This document shows, one piece after another, positions 1-9,182 of a stretch of 64,000 bases of DNA (positions are counted from its first letter, which is position 1; each line of letters opens with the position of its first letter). The position numbers and the translations under genes are program-made. This DNA comes from an uncultured bacterium (GTDB taxonomy: Bacteria > Fidelibacterota > Marinisomatia > Marinisomatales > JABMOV01). The stretch covers positions 26,886-90,885 of the forward strand of contig CAYFMT010000007.1 in the NCBI GenBank assembly GCA_964344305.1, in the 5' to 3' direction. A model generated the notes under the pieces. That model had not been told where the DNA came from. It searched no databases and saw only the letters and a list, made by a program, of their open reading frames with translations.

Positions 1-403
1 CAGGCCTGTAATGGAATTTAGAGGTCCAATTGTCAGTGTTCGCAGTGTCCCAAGAGGAACGCATGTCAGTTATGGTGGGAAATATATCACACAAAAAGAA
101 TCCAATATTGGTGTGGTTCAATCTGGTTTTGCTGATGGATTTCCTCGCCCTTGGTATAAAACGGGACATGTGGCCTATAATGGTGAAATGTTTCCCATTG
201 CCGGCAGGGTATGCATGGATCAATTCATGGTAGATTTCGGGGAGACCAAGCCTATGGAAGGGGAGAATGTTTTGTTCTTTGGAGAATCAGGCAAAAACCT
301 CATCCACGTAGAAGAGATTGCAGCAGCAATAAACAGCACAACCTATGTTCTTCTTACTGCCATTGGCGGAAGAACAAAGCGAATTTTTATTGAGTCTGTT
401 TAG
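1..403 (+). CDS. alr: alanine racemase, C-terminal fragment (5' end lies outside the window)
   Basis: The reading frame is open from position 2 with no start codon. Motifs ...VSYGGKY...GFADGFPR...GRVCMDQFMVD...TTYVLLT... match the C-terminal beta-domain of PLP alanine racemases. Confidence 0.85.
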   Translation, partial: RPVMEFRGPIVSVRSVPRGTHVSYGGKYITQKESNIGVVQSGFADGFPRPWYKTGHVAYNGEMFPIAGRVCMDQFMVDFGETKPMEGENVLFFGESGKNLIHVEEIAAAINSTTYVLLTAIGGRTKRIFIESV

Positions 404-728
404 ACGATTCTGGTTTACGGACCCAGGAACGTCTTTCTTCGAATGCTCGAATTTGGAATTCCGCCCAATCTTCAATTAGGTTGATCAATTCTTCCTTTTC
501 CGTCGTATCATCATCAAATTTTTCATTTACTGCTTTGGTTAAAGCAAATTTCTTGTCTTGGATTTGTCCATAGGTCAACTGATGTTTATCTGACCATTTG
601 AGATGTTCCTCCACAATGTCGCTGCGAATGGAATCAGCCTTTTTATAGGCTTTAATTCGGTTCGAGAACAATGCAAGAATGACAATAACCAATACAATAA
701 TGACAATGATTAAATAATCCATACCCAT
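387..728 (-). CDS. hypothetical small membrane-anchored protein
   Basis: 113-aa ORF with an N-terminal hydrophobic helix (YLIIVIIVLVIVILALF) followed by a charged helical region. Its 3' end overlaps the alr stop convergently by 17 nt. No family recognised. Confidence 0.45.
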   Translation of the reverse strand: MGMDYLIIVIIVLVIVILALFSNRIKAYKKADSIRSDIVEEHLKWSDKHQLTYGQIQDKKFALTKAVNEKFDDDTTEKEELINLIEDWAEFQIRAFEERRSWVRKPESSKQTQ

Positions 729-737
729 ACTTAACTC

Positions 738-2276
738 CTATGGTTGCAGTGGAAGATTTAAAACCCCAACCCAGTAAACTGCTACCATAATGATGGCCAC
801 CACGATGCCAATTGGCCATGCGATAATGGCATTACGAATAAAATCTTTTGGCTCAAGCTTTCCACTGGAGTACACAATGGAACTGGCAGGTGTACCAATA
901 ACTAGCCAGAATGCCATGGATGTAGAAATGGCGAGTATAATACCAACGATCAATGGGTTCGTCCCGGAATTGCCAGCCATATCAAGTATAACCGGTCCTA
1001 TTACAGCAACAGTTGCACCAGCGCTCATCAGGTTGGTTAGCGAAGCCCCAATCACAATAACTAGTATAATCAGTGGAAGCCCCGAATCCATTCCAAGGGG
1101 AGCGGTAATGGAAATTATGGAATCGGCCAACCAGCTTGCGGCACCAGTTGCCTTGAATACAGACCCCAAACTGATGGCTCCTGCATAAAGAACAATGACT
1201 CCCCAGCTTACATTTTCTTCATAATCTTTCCATGATGTGAGCCCTAAAAGCATGTATGAAACAGCACCGATCATTGCCACACCTCCGAGACCCAGCGAAA
1301 AACCAAGCATGTCGCGAGTAAGTGACTTATCTGTTATCCATAAAAAGACCACCAGCGCCATAATGCCTGTTACCAACCACTGGTTTCCCGTCATCGCCCC
1401 ATGTTTTTCCAGATCCTCTTTCAAGGTGGATACAGCATCACTCAAGTCCAGCACTTCAGGTTTAAATACGAGTGGCAGGGTAAATGCCATAATCCCTGCC
1501 ATTACCACGGTATAGAAAACGCCCATGGAAAGCCATTGACCGAACGATACTTCGATACCGATATTTGACAAGAATCCGATCATGATTGCATTTCGGGCAC
1601 CTCCAGTAGGGCTCATGGGACCACCAATCATACATCCTACTGCAATAGTTATGAGAAGAAGTCTTCCGAGGTTTGGTGCCGGTGTGGTGCGATTTGTCAA
1701 TGTATACAAGGCAATAGCAATAGGAACGTACATGGATGCAATGGCATGTTCCCCTACAAATGCTGTCGGTATTGCGGTACCTAATAGAATTGCAAAAACG
1801 ATTTTTCGGGTTTTTGATCCTGCCAGCTTAATAACAATGATACCTATTCTCTTATCAAGTCCATATTTTACGAGTGTGGCACCGATGGCAAGAGATCCGG
1901 CGATAAACCAGACAGCATCATGAGCATACGTGGACACAATTTTTGAAGGTTCTGTGATCCCAAACAACAGTTGAACAAGCCCAATTAACAATGCAACAGC
2001 AGGCATTGGTATAGCTTCTGTGGCGAAAAAGATTACACAGGTAGCAAGGAGTGCAATGGTTATTTGAATATGCTTTGCTTTGAGCAGGATATCTTCAGCT
2101 GATAAATCCGGAAAAAGAAATTCAGCTTTTGCCACCATGGATTGAAGAGGAGGTGTAACAAAGCCCAATAAAATGAAAATTATAGCGCTAATGATCAACC
2201 ACTTGAAATCCGTGGTCTTCGAAAATCCGCCTGATTGGCTTTGTTCCTGACCGCTCATGGTCTTGAAAAATGCCAA
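738..2276 (-). CDS. DASS/SLC13-type anion permease (ArsB/NhaD permease superfamily)
   Basis: 512-aa polytopic membrane protein with two-fold repeat organisation and hairpin-like motifs (GGPMSPTGGARN, SAGATVAV). These are typical of divalent anion:Na+ symporters and citrate-transporter-like permeases. Confidence 0.7.
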   Translation of the reverse strand: MAFFKTMSGQEQSQSGGFSKTTDFKWLIISAIIFILLGFVTPPLQSMVAKAEFLFPDLSAEDILLKAKHIQITIALLATCVIFFATEAIPMPAVALLIGLVQLLFGITEPSKIVSTYAHDAVWFIAGSLAIGATLVKYGLDKRIGIIVIKLAGSKTRKIVFAILLGTAIPTAFVGEHAIASMYVPIAIALYTLTNRTTPAPNLGRLLLITIAVGCMIGGPMSPTGGARNAIMIGFLSNIGIEVSFGQWLSMGVFYTVVMAGIMAFTLPLVFKPEVLDLSDAVSTLKEDLEKHGAMTGNQWLVTGIMALVVFLWITDKSLTRDMLGFSLGLGGVAMIGAVSYMLLGLTSWKDYEENVSWGVIVLYAGAISLGSVFKATGAASWLADSIISITAPLGMDSGLPLIILVIVIGASLTNLMSAGATVAVIGPVILDMAGNSGTNPLIVGIILAISTSMAFWLVIGTPASSIVYSSGKLEPKDFIRNAIIAWPIGIVVAIIMVAVYWVGVLNLPLQP

Positions 2277-2347
2277 TATTTCGTCAAATCTTCAAGTTTT
2301 ATCCGCCGAAGTAAATCTACTTTGTATACATACAAATACGATTTGAA

Positions 2348-3475
2348 TTACGATTTCGTTATTTTTTTATATATTACTCCGCGATCTTGCAGGTATCGAT
2401 GTATATACTCATATGCATCATAATCCATTCCAAAATATTCCGGCGGGCATACACCTGTTTTCTTCCATGATCCAGAGAGGATATAGTTCACGATGGAAGT
2501 ACAGGTAAAACCTGTGGTTCGTGCCATGGATGTATTACCGGTGGTTTCATCAAATGTATCCAATAGCAAATACTCAATTGTCATTGCCTGGTTATCATGC
2601 TTCCCGGTTATTTCCATTTTCATGACGGTCATGTCACGATCTTCCGAACTCATCATCCAATCAGCTTTGAGAAGTTCGGCACTCACATCTACAGGACATA
2701 CTTCCTGATTGCCCAACAGTATTGGTGAGGAAGAAAAGAAATCCAGTTTCTTTAGCATTTTAATGTATTGAGTCGTGCCATAATAACGTACCGTTTTTTC
2801 TACCATATTTGGGATATCCATAGTGTTGAGAAGTGTTCGAAGTCCATCCGTGTTAAAGGCTTCAAGCTCCCCAATCGAATCAACATTGAAAACCTCTAAA
2901 TCAGTTAATGCTTCTTTTGTCACTTCCTTGCCATTTGTTACAAATCGAGCAGGTCTTGTGTATTCTTCGATGACATCCCTTGGAGAAAAAACAGCTTTAT
3001 ATTTGAATGGCCACTCGGGATTTTGAGGGAGACCGCCTACCATGCATTTGAAAGAGTTCATGTCAATCTTTTGGGAATAATGACCACAGATTATGTTGCT
3101 CATTCCCGGTGCGACACCACAATCCACTGCTACCATGTTATTGTGTTTTTCAGTTATTTCTTGTAATCCAAATGGATCCTCTGGAAAGAATGATATATCC
3201 ACGATAGGAATACCAAAGGGGATAACGCGTTCCAAAAATGAATAGCCCAGATGCCCCGGTAGTGCACCAATTATTATGTCTTTGTTATTACAGACACTCT
3301 TCAGGAATTCCAATTCAAATGCATTCCCCATAATAGGATGTAGATTTGAGTTGAATGGAAGTTTCTCCAGATTCTTTTGATCAATATCAACAACTGTAAT
3401 ATGATGATCTTTCGCAAGATCCATGGCAATGGTCTTGCCAACAAGTCCGGAACCAAATAAAATGATTTCTGCCAT
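2348..3475 (-). CDS. saccharopine dehydrogenase-family NAD(P) oxidoreductase
   Basis: 375 aa with an N-terminal Rossmann motif (ILFGSGLVGKTIAMDL). Length and C-terminal domain resemble the saccharopine/lysine-6-dehydrogenase family. Substrate is not assignable by eye. Confidence 0.65.
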   Translation of the reverse strand: MAEIILFGSGLVGKTIAMDLAKDHHITVVDIDQKNLEKLPFNSNLHPIMGNAFELEFLKSVCNNKDIIIGALPGHLGYSFLERVIPFGIPIVDISFFPEDPFGLQEITEKHNNMVAVDCGVAPGMSNIICGHYSQKIDMNSFKCMVGGLPQNPEWPFKYKAVFSPRDVIEEYTRPARFVTNGKEVTKEALTDLEVFNVDSIGELEAFNTDGLRTLLNTMDIPNMVEKTVRYYGTTQYIKMLKKLDFFSSSPILLGNQEVCPVDVSAELLKADWMMSSEDRDMTVMKMEITGKHDNQAMTIEYLLLDTFDETTGNTSMARTTGFTCTSIVNYILSGSWKKTGVCPPEYFGMDYDAYEYIHRYLQDRGVIYKKITKS

Positions 3476-3507
3476 ATGTCTCCTGAGATTGGTGGGATAT
3501 AAAAAAG

Positions 3508-3591
3508 TGCCGAGGGTCGGGGTCGAACCGACACGGGATTGCTCCCACTGGTGTTTGAGACCAGCGCGTCTACCAATTCCGCCACCCCGGC
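3508..3591 (-). tRNA. tRNA-Leu (anticodon CAA)
   Basis: The reverse complement folds as a cloverleaf: acceptor GCCGGGG/CCTCGGC, anticodon arm CTGGT-CTCAAAC-ACCAG, long variable arm, and GGTTCGA T-loop. Confidence 0.9.
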
Positions 3592-3682
3592 ATTTTTTGA
3601 GTGGATAAGTAAAAAGAAATTAGAGGTACATAAAAAATATTGTCAATATATTTGGGAATAGCTAATCGTGGAGGTTTTAATC

Positions 3683-5473
3683 ATGTCATACACAACAATT
3701 CCAGAACTTTTTTATCAATCCGTAAACGCATTTCCTGATGAAGTTGCCTATGGTGAGAAAAAAAATGACCAATGGGAAACACTTACATTTGGTGAAGTGG
3801 GGAAACTCGTGGAAACATTTGCAGCGGGGTTGTATGGATTGGGTGCAAGAAGGGGTGACAATATTGCCATTCTATCAGCAAATTGCCCACGATGGGGAAT
3901 CAGTGACTACGCCATATCAGGAATGGGGTGTGCCACAGTCACGGTTTATCCAACACTCATTCCCTCTCAAATACAATATATACTGGAGGATTCAGACACA
4001 AAGATTATTGTCACTCAGGATAAAGAGCAGACAGATAAGGTCATGACATTTTTCAATGCATCTTCTCAATTGGCTAAAGTGATTTGTATGGATGATTCCA
4101 TAGGTGTGACCGATGATATCATCCGTTTTCAGGATGTCCTCGAAATGGGTATTAAGGCCCAGGCGGATGGGTATGACTTTAAAAAGGAATCGGAACAGTG
4201 CAAACCGGATGATCTTCTCACTCTTATTTATACAAGCGGGACTACGGGTAATCCAAAAGGGGTGATGCTTACTCATGATAACCTGGTAAGCAATGTCCAG
4301 GCTGCTTCAAAAGTCCTGGATATTTCAGAAACAGATAGCCTTTTGTCCTTTTTACCGTTAAGTCATAGTTTTGAAAGAATGGCAGGGCATTTTCTTGCGT
4401 TCTCCAATAGTGCAAGTGTGTATTTTGCAGAAAACATGGATTCCATCGCTGCAAATATGGGAGAGGTCAAACCCACGCTCATGACATCAGTACCAAGGCT
4501 CTACGAAAAAATGTATGCACGAGTTCTGGAAAAGGTTGCTGGTGATCCTGCAATCAGACAGAAGATTTTCTGGTGGGCTATAAAGACCGGAAAGTCCGCA
4601 GCCAAATACCTGCAAAGAAATTCTGAACCAACAGGATTTCTTGCATTTAAATATAACCTGGCCTCCAAACTTGTGTTTTCAAAAATTAAGGAACGTGTAG
4701 GTGGTCGTCTTCGATTCTTTGTATCAGGTGGTGCTCCATTGTCCAAGGAAATCGGAGAATTTTTCTCTGCAGCCAATATTGCTATCCTTGAGGGATATGG
4801 ACTAACTGAAACGAGTCCTGTTATCACCGTTAACAGACTGGAATTGTTCAAGTTTGGAACGGTGGGAGCTGTGATTGAAAGGGTTGAAGTAAAAATCGCC
4901 GATGATGGTGAAATCCTATGCAAAGGTCCAAACGTCATGAAAGGATATTACAAGAACCAGGAAGCAACGGATGAAGCCATTGATGATGATGGTTGGTTCC
5001 ACACGGGTGATATTGGCGAATTTGATGAAGATAATTATCTGCGCATTACGGATAGAAAGAAAAACCTTCTGGTCACCTCCGGGGGTAAAAATGTAGCTCC
5101 AGCTCCAATGGAGATTGCATTGGGTTCAGATAAATTTATCGATAGTGTTATTGTTTTAGGTGATAATCGAAAGTTTATCTCAGCACTGATTGTTCCTTCA
5201 CATGAAGCAGTAAGTGAGTGGGCAGAATCAAACAATGTGTCATACAAATCCATCGAAGAATTACTTAAAAATGATTCTGTCATACAACTTTATGAAGATA
5301 TCGTAAATACCGCAATGAGTAACTTTGCGCACTATGAGAAAGTGAAGAAATTCGAGTTGCTCACTGATGTCTGGAGCATAGAATCCGGTGAATTGACTCC
5401 CAAACTTTCTGTGAAGCGCAAGGTTGTTGAAAAGAAATACGCTGAATTGATTGACAGCATCTACGAAGGATAA
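3683..5473 (+). CDS. long-chain fatty-acid--CoA ligase (AMP-forming)
   Basis: AMP-binding signature YTSGTTGNPKGV, plus GYGLTET and TGDIG...RKK motifs. I chose the ATG at 3683, preceded by GGAGG, over the GTG at 3668 used in the track. Confidence 0.9.
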   Translation: MSYTTIPELFYQSVNAFPDEVAYGEKKNDQWETLTFGEVGKLVETFAAGLYGLGARRGDNIAILSANCPRWGISDYAISGMGCATVTVYPTLIPSQIQYILEDSDTKIIVTQDKEQTDKVMTFFNASSQLAKVICMDDSIGVTDDIIRFQDVLEMGIKAQADGYDFKKESEQCKPDDLLTLIYTSGTTGNPKGVMLTHDNLVSNVQAASKVLDISETDSLLSFLPLSHSFERMAGHFLAFSNSASVYFAENMDSIAANMGEVKPTLMTSVPRLYEKMYARVLEKVAGDPAIRQKIFWWAIKTGKSAAKYLQRNSEPTGFLAFKYNLASKLVFSKIKERVGGRLRFFVSGGAPLSKEIGEFFSAANIAILEGYGLTETSPVITVNRLELFKFGTVGAVIERVEVKIADDGEILCKGPNVMKGYYKNQEATDEAIDDDGWFHTGDIGEFDEDNYLRITDRKKNLLVTSGGKNVAPAPMEIALGSDKFIDSVIVLGDNRKFISALIVPSHEAVSEWAESNNVSYKSIEELLKNDSVIQLYEDIVNTAMSNFAHYEKVKKFELLTDVWSIESGELTPKLSVKRKVVEKKYAELIDSIYEG

Positions 5474-5475
5474 GG

Positions 5476-6480
5476 ATGAAACAGGAAATTCAAATTGGTA
5501 TTATTGGTTGTGGTACCTGGGGTGGTACAATAGGTCAATCCCTGGCGAAGCAGGGATACAGGGTCAAAATATGGCATAAATTCGAAGATGAAGTTGCTTT
5601 TTTACGCGAGAAAAGGTACCATTTCATTCAGGAAGATCTCGAGTTTCATGAATCGATTGAGTTTTCGACTGAATATAAGGATGTCGTTCCTGAATCGAGT
5701 TTTATTGTCATTGCAGTGCCATCCCATATCGTGCGAATCGTACTACCGGAATTTGTCCCCATGGCAAATGATGATTCGATTTATGTCAATCTATCCAAAG
5801 GGATAGAGAATGACAGCCTCATGACCATGAGCCAGGTAATTCATAGCGTTGGAGATATCCCTGAAGAGAGGATCGTCACTCTTTATGGCCCATCCCATGC
5901 AGAAGAGGTAGCAAAAAACCTGCCAACCACACTTGTTTCAGCCTCCAGTTCCATGGATACGGCAAAAAAAGTTCAACATGTATTTTCAACACCTTACCTG
6001 AGGATATATACCAACAATGATATAAAGGGCGTTGAATTGGGTGGATCCTTGAAGAATGTGATCGCCATTGCTGCCGGTATTTGTGATGGAATTGGATATG
6101 GTGACAACACGAAAGCAGCACTTCTAACCCGTGGAATCACTGAGATGACCAGATTGGGTGTTGCCATGGGTGCCAAATATGATACCTTCTTTGGGTTAAG
6201 TGGTATTGGTGACCTGATTGCTACCTGCCTAAGCAAACACAGTCGAAACCGTTTTGTTGGTGAAGCTATCGGACGCGGAGAGAAAATTGATGATATACTG
6301 GCAGGTATGAAAATGGTCGCTGAGGGTGTTAAAACAGCAAAATCAATACATCAGTTAATTGATAAATACGATGTTGACATGCCAATTAGTACAGCTATTT
6401 ACAATGTCATATTCAACCAGCACAACCCAATTGTCTCTGTACAGGAACTTATGACTCGCGAACTCATCAGTGAAAACTGA
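5476..6480 (+). CDS. gpsA: NAD(P)H-dependent glycerol-3-phosphate dehydrogenase
   Basis: 334 aa with N-terminal GxGxxG (IGIIGCGTWG) and GSLKNVIAIAAG...GDLIATC motifs typical of GpsA. Confidence 0.92.
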   Translation: MKQEIQIGIIGCGTWGGTIGQSLAKQGYRVKIWHKFEDEVAFLREKRYHFIQEDLEFHESIEFSTEYKDVVPESSFIVIAVPSHIVRIVLPEFVPMANDDSIYVNLSKGIENDSLMTMSQVIHSVGDIPEERIVTLYGPSHAEEVAKNLPTTLVSASSSMDTAKKVQHVFSTPYLRIYTNNDIKGVELGGSLKNVIAIAAGICDGIGYGDNTKAALLTRGITEMTRLGVAMGAKYDTFFGLSGIGDLIATCLSKHSRNRFVGEAIGRGEKIDDILAGMKMVAEGVKTAKSIHQLIDKYDVDMPISTAIYNVIFNQHNPIVSVQELMTRELISEN

Positions 6481-6578
6481 TTTGAATTCTTTATAACACA
6501 GAACCCATACACATCGGTTTCTCTCGAATTCTGCCTTGGATTGTCGTCCCGATTCTCAGTAATCTCCGCCGCTTTTTT

Positions 6579-6650
6579 GGGCTCGTAGTTCAATGGATAG
6601 AATAGGGGATTCCTAATCCCTTGATGCAGGTTCGATTCCTGCCGAGCCTA
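6579..6650 (+). tRNA. tRNA-Arg (anticodon CCT)
   Basis: Cloverleaf read by eye: acceptor GGGCTCG/CGAGCCT, anticodon arm GGGGA-TTCCTAA-TCCCT, and T-arm GCAGG-TTCGATT-CCTGC. Confidence 0.88.
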
Positions 6651-6670
6651 CAGAGTGAAAAGGAGATAAT

Positions 6671-7345
6671 ATGTTAAAGCCAAAAAGAAAAATTACCCGC
6701 AAGGAAATCAAGGTGGATCCAATGCTGGAATCACTTGCGTCAGCGAACGAGCATTTCAATACGCATAAACAGACCTACGTTCGTGGTGGAGCTGTCATCG
6801 TCATAGGTATATTGGCAGTTATATTCTATATGAATAGACATTCAGTGGCGATTCATGAAGCGAATACTGCCCTGGGGAAAGCATTGATATCATGGGAAAC
6901 TAATGATTTGGACAATGCCAAATTTCAGTTTGAATTACTGTTGGATGAGTATGGTCACACAGTTAGTGGTGAGCAGGGTGCCTATTACCTCGGTCTGATT
7001 GCCCTTAAAAATGGGGACACTGAAATGGCCAGAACTAATTTAGAAACATTCGTTAATAGCAATTCCGTACCTATCCTGGAAGCCAGTGCCCGTATGCATC
7101 TTGCAGATTTGTATGCATCCACCGGTGATATTGGCTCTGCAAGAAAATCATTGCAGCAGGTAGGTAGATTGGGATGCACATCGGGACAAAAAGATGAAGC
7201 AAACATTCGATTGTTTAAACTGATGATATCTTCAGGAGATACGGATGAAGCAGAAGATTTGTTGAATGAATTTCTTGCTCAGGAAAACCTCCATGATAAG
7301 GCTCGGAATGATGCCCAACAACTGCTGGGAATGATTCAAGGATAA
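6671..7345 (+). CDS. membrane-anchored TPR-like protein (YfgM-like)
   Basis: 224 aa with a basic N-terminus and one TM helix (GGAVIVIGILAVIFYM), followed by helical-repeat TPR-like sequence. Confidence 0.5.
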   Translation: MLKPKRKITRKEIKVDPMLESLASANEHFNTHKQTYVRGGAVIVIGILAVIFYMNRHSVAIHEANTALGKALISWETNDLDNAKFQFELLLDEYGHTVSGEQGAYYLGLIALKNGDTEMARTNLETFVNSNSVPILEASARMHLADLYASTGDIGSARKSLQQVGRLGCTSGQKDEANIRLFKLMISSGDTDEAEDLLNEFLAQENLHDKARNDAQQLLGMIQG

Positions 7346-7396
7346 CAAGCTTATATCAGTTGTAAAAAGGAATAAAAAACAATAATTTTTGGGCTG

Positions 7397-7430
7397 AAAA
7401 GTGGGCAAAAAACCCACTTTTCGTTTCTTT
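7397..7430 (+). terminator. rho-independent terminator-like hairpin
   Basis: 9-bp stem AAAAGTGGG / CCCACTTTT with loop CAAAAAA, followed by a T-rich tail (CGTTTCTTT). It lies between the TPR gene and rimP. Confidence 0.6.
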
Positions 7431-7438
7431 AGAGATAA

Positions 7439-7870
7439 ATGGAAAAAATAAAAAGTCATATTGAGTCTCTTTTAGGAGAGGAATTTGTCCTTCTGGATAT
7501 CAAGGAAGATGTTCATTCTGGATTGCTGAAACTGACCGTGGATAGTGAACAGGCTATTTCGCTGGAAACAACCACTAATATCTCCAGAATGATTCAGGAT
7601 TCTGAATTGATGGACGAATTCTATCCTGAAGGTTACAGGTTGGAAGTGTCCTCTCCAGGAGTTGGATCACCACTTACCATGCCATTTCAGTTCAAAAAAA
7701 ATGTTGGTCGGACCCTGTCTGTGCAGTGGATGGAAGATGGTGTTTTGAATGACCTGAAGGGAAAACTGGAATCTATGACTGATGATGCATTGATGCTGTC
7801 ATCCAAGAAAATGAAGAAGACTATTCCATTTCAAACCATTGAAAAAGCAAAAGTTGTTATCACATTTTAA
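7439..7870 (+). CDS. rimP: ribosome maturation factor RimP
   Basis: 143 aa containing an EVSSPG motif, and positioned immediately upstream of nusA-infB. Confidence 0.85.
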   Translation: MEKIKSHIESLLGEEFVLLDIKEDVHSGLLKLTVDSEQAISLETTTNISRMIQDSELMDEFYPEGYRLEVSSPGVGSPLTMPFQFKKNVGRTLSVQWMEDGVLNDLKGKLESMTDDALMLSSKKMKKTIPFQTIEKAKVVITF

Positions 7871-7885
7871 CCAACCGGAGGAAAG

Positions 7886-9145
7886 TTGATTAATCGGGAA
7901 CTAATCGAAGTTTTTTCAGAGATTGCACGAGAAAAGAATGTTGATCGCTCTGAGCTCGGGACTATCCTTGAGCAGTTGTTTTTATATGTTATTGAAAAAC
8001 AGACTGGTGATTCCTCTAACTGCAGTGTCATTGTAAACCTGGATAAGGGTGAAATTGAGATTTATGCAGAGAAAACTATTGTTGAAGAAATAGATGATGC
8101 CAAAGTTGAGATTACAATGGAAGAAGTTCTTAAACAGGATCCATCCCTGACAGATCTTCAGATTGGTGATCCCTATGTAGAAGTCATTGATCCGAGGGTG
8201 TTTGGTCGTCGACTAATTACCCACGCCAAACAGTTTTTTGCTCAAAGACTCCGCGATGTTGAACGCAAATATATCTACGATGACTATGCAACACGTGTTG
8301 GTGAAATCATTATTGGAACGGTGCACCAGGTTCAAAGAGATAACGTATTTGTGAACATTGAGCACGCAGAGCTCCGACTTCCTCGAAAGGAGCAGATTCC
8401 AACTGAGAGATATCGTCGAGGTGATACCATTCGTGCAATCATCAAATCAGTTGAAATAACTGCAAAAGGGCCGGATATTGTTATTTCTCGAAGTGACAAT
8501 CATTTTCTCTATAAGCTGTTTGAGATGGAAGTTCCCGAAATTGAGGATAGTATTATTGAGATCAAAGCCATTGCTCGCCATCCCGGTGAGAGGGCAAAAA
8601 TTATTGTTCATTCTCATGATCGTCGAATTGATCCAGTTGGTGCCTGTGTTGGTATGCGGGGTAGTCGGATCCAGGGAGTTGTTCGTGAGTTGGACAATGA
8701 AAAAATTGATATTGTCAACTTCAGTGAACAGCCTGAAGTATTAATTACGCGTGCCCTTTCACCTGCGAAACCTGAGAATCTCTACATTGATGATGAGAAA
8801 AAATATTGTATCGCAATTTTCAGGGATGACGAACTCGAATCTGCCATTGGCAAAGGCGGTATGAATATCAATCTTGCGTCAAGGGTTACGGAATACAGGA
8901 TTGATGCGTACAGTATATCTGAATACGAGAAATCCCAAATTGAGCAAAGTGCGACACTTGAAACTGTTGATGGGGTTACGGAAACCATTGCCCAGGGATT
9001 ATCTGAGGTTGGGATTCATACTGTATCGGACGTATTGAATGCAGATGAGGAAACGCTACTGTCTGCAGAGGGTGTTACAGAAGATACCATAGAAGATTTA
9101 TATGTATCCATTCAGTCATTTGTTGAGTCTGAAGAGGCTTCGTGA
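7886..9145 (+). CDS. nusA: transcription termination/antitermination factor NusA
   Basis: 419 aa with N-terminal, S1 and two KH domains (GACVGMRGSRIQ, IGKGGMNINLASR). TTG start preceded by GGAGGA. Confidence 0.95.
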   Translation: MINRELIEVFSEIAREKNVDRSELGTILEQLFLYVIEKQTGDSSNCSVIVNLDKGEIEIYAEKTIVEEIDDAKVEITMEEVLKQDPSLTDLQIGDPYVEVIDPRVFGRRLITHAKQFFAQRLRDVERKYIYDDYATRVGEIIIGTVHQVQRDNVFVNIEHAELRLPRKEQIPTERYRRGDTIRAIIKSVEITAKGPDIVISRSDNHFLYKLFEMEVPEIEDSIIEIKAIARHPGERAKIIVHSHDRRIDPVGACVGMRGSRIQGVVRELDNEKIDIVNFSEQPEVLITRALSPAKPENLYIDDEKKYCIAIFRDDELESAIGKGGMNINLASRVTEYRIDAYSISEYEKSQIEQSATLETVDGVTETIAQGLSEVGIHTVSDVLNADEETLLSAEGVTEDTIEDLYVSIQSFVESEEAS

Positions 9146-9182
9146 TCGAATCGATTAGCTGAAAAGGAAAAACAGGAAAAAT

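Noticed and set aside
3301-3608. ORFs 3301..3585 (minus) and 3423..3608 (plus) around the saccharopine dehydrogenase start.
   Set aside because: Both run through the tRNA-Leu gene (3508..3591) and the 5' end of a confident CDS, and neither has protein-like features.
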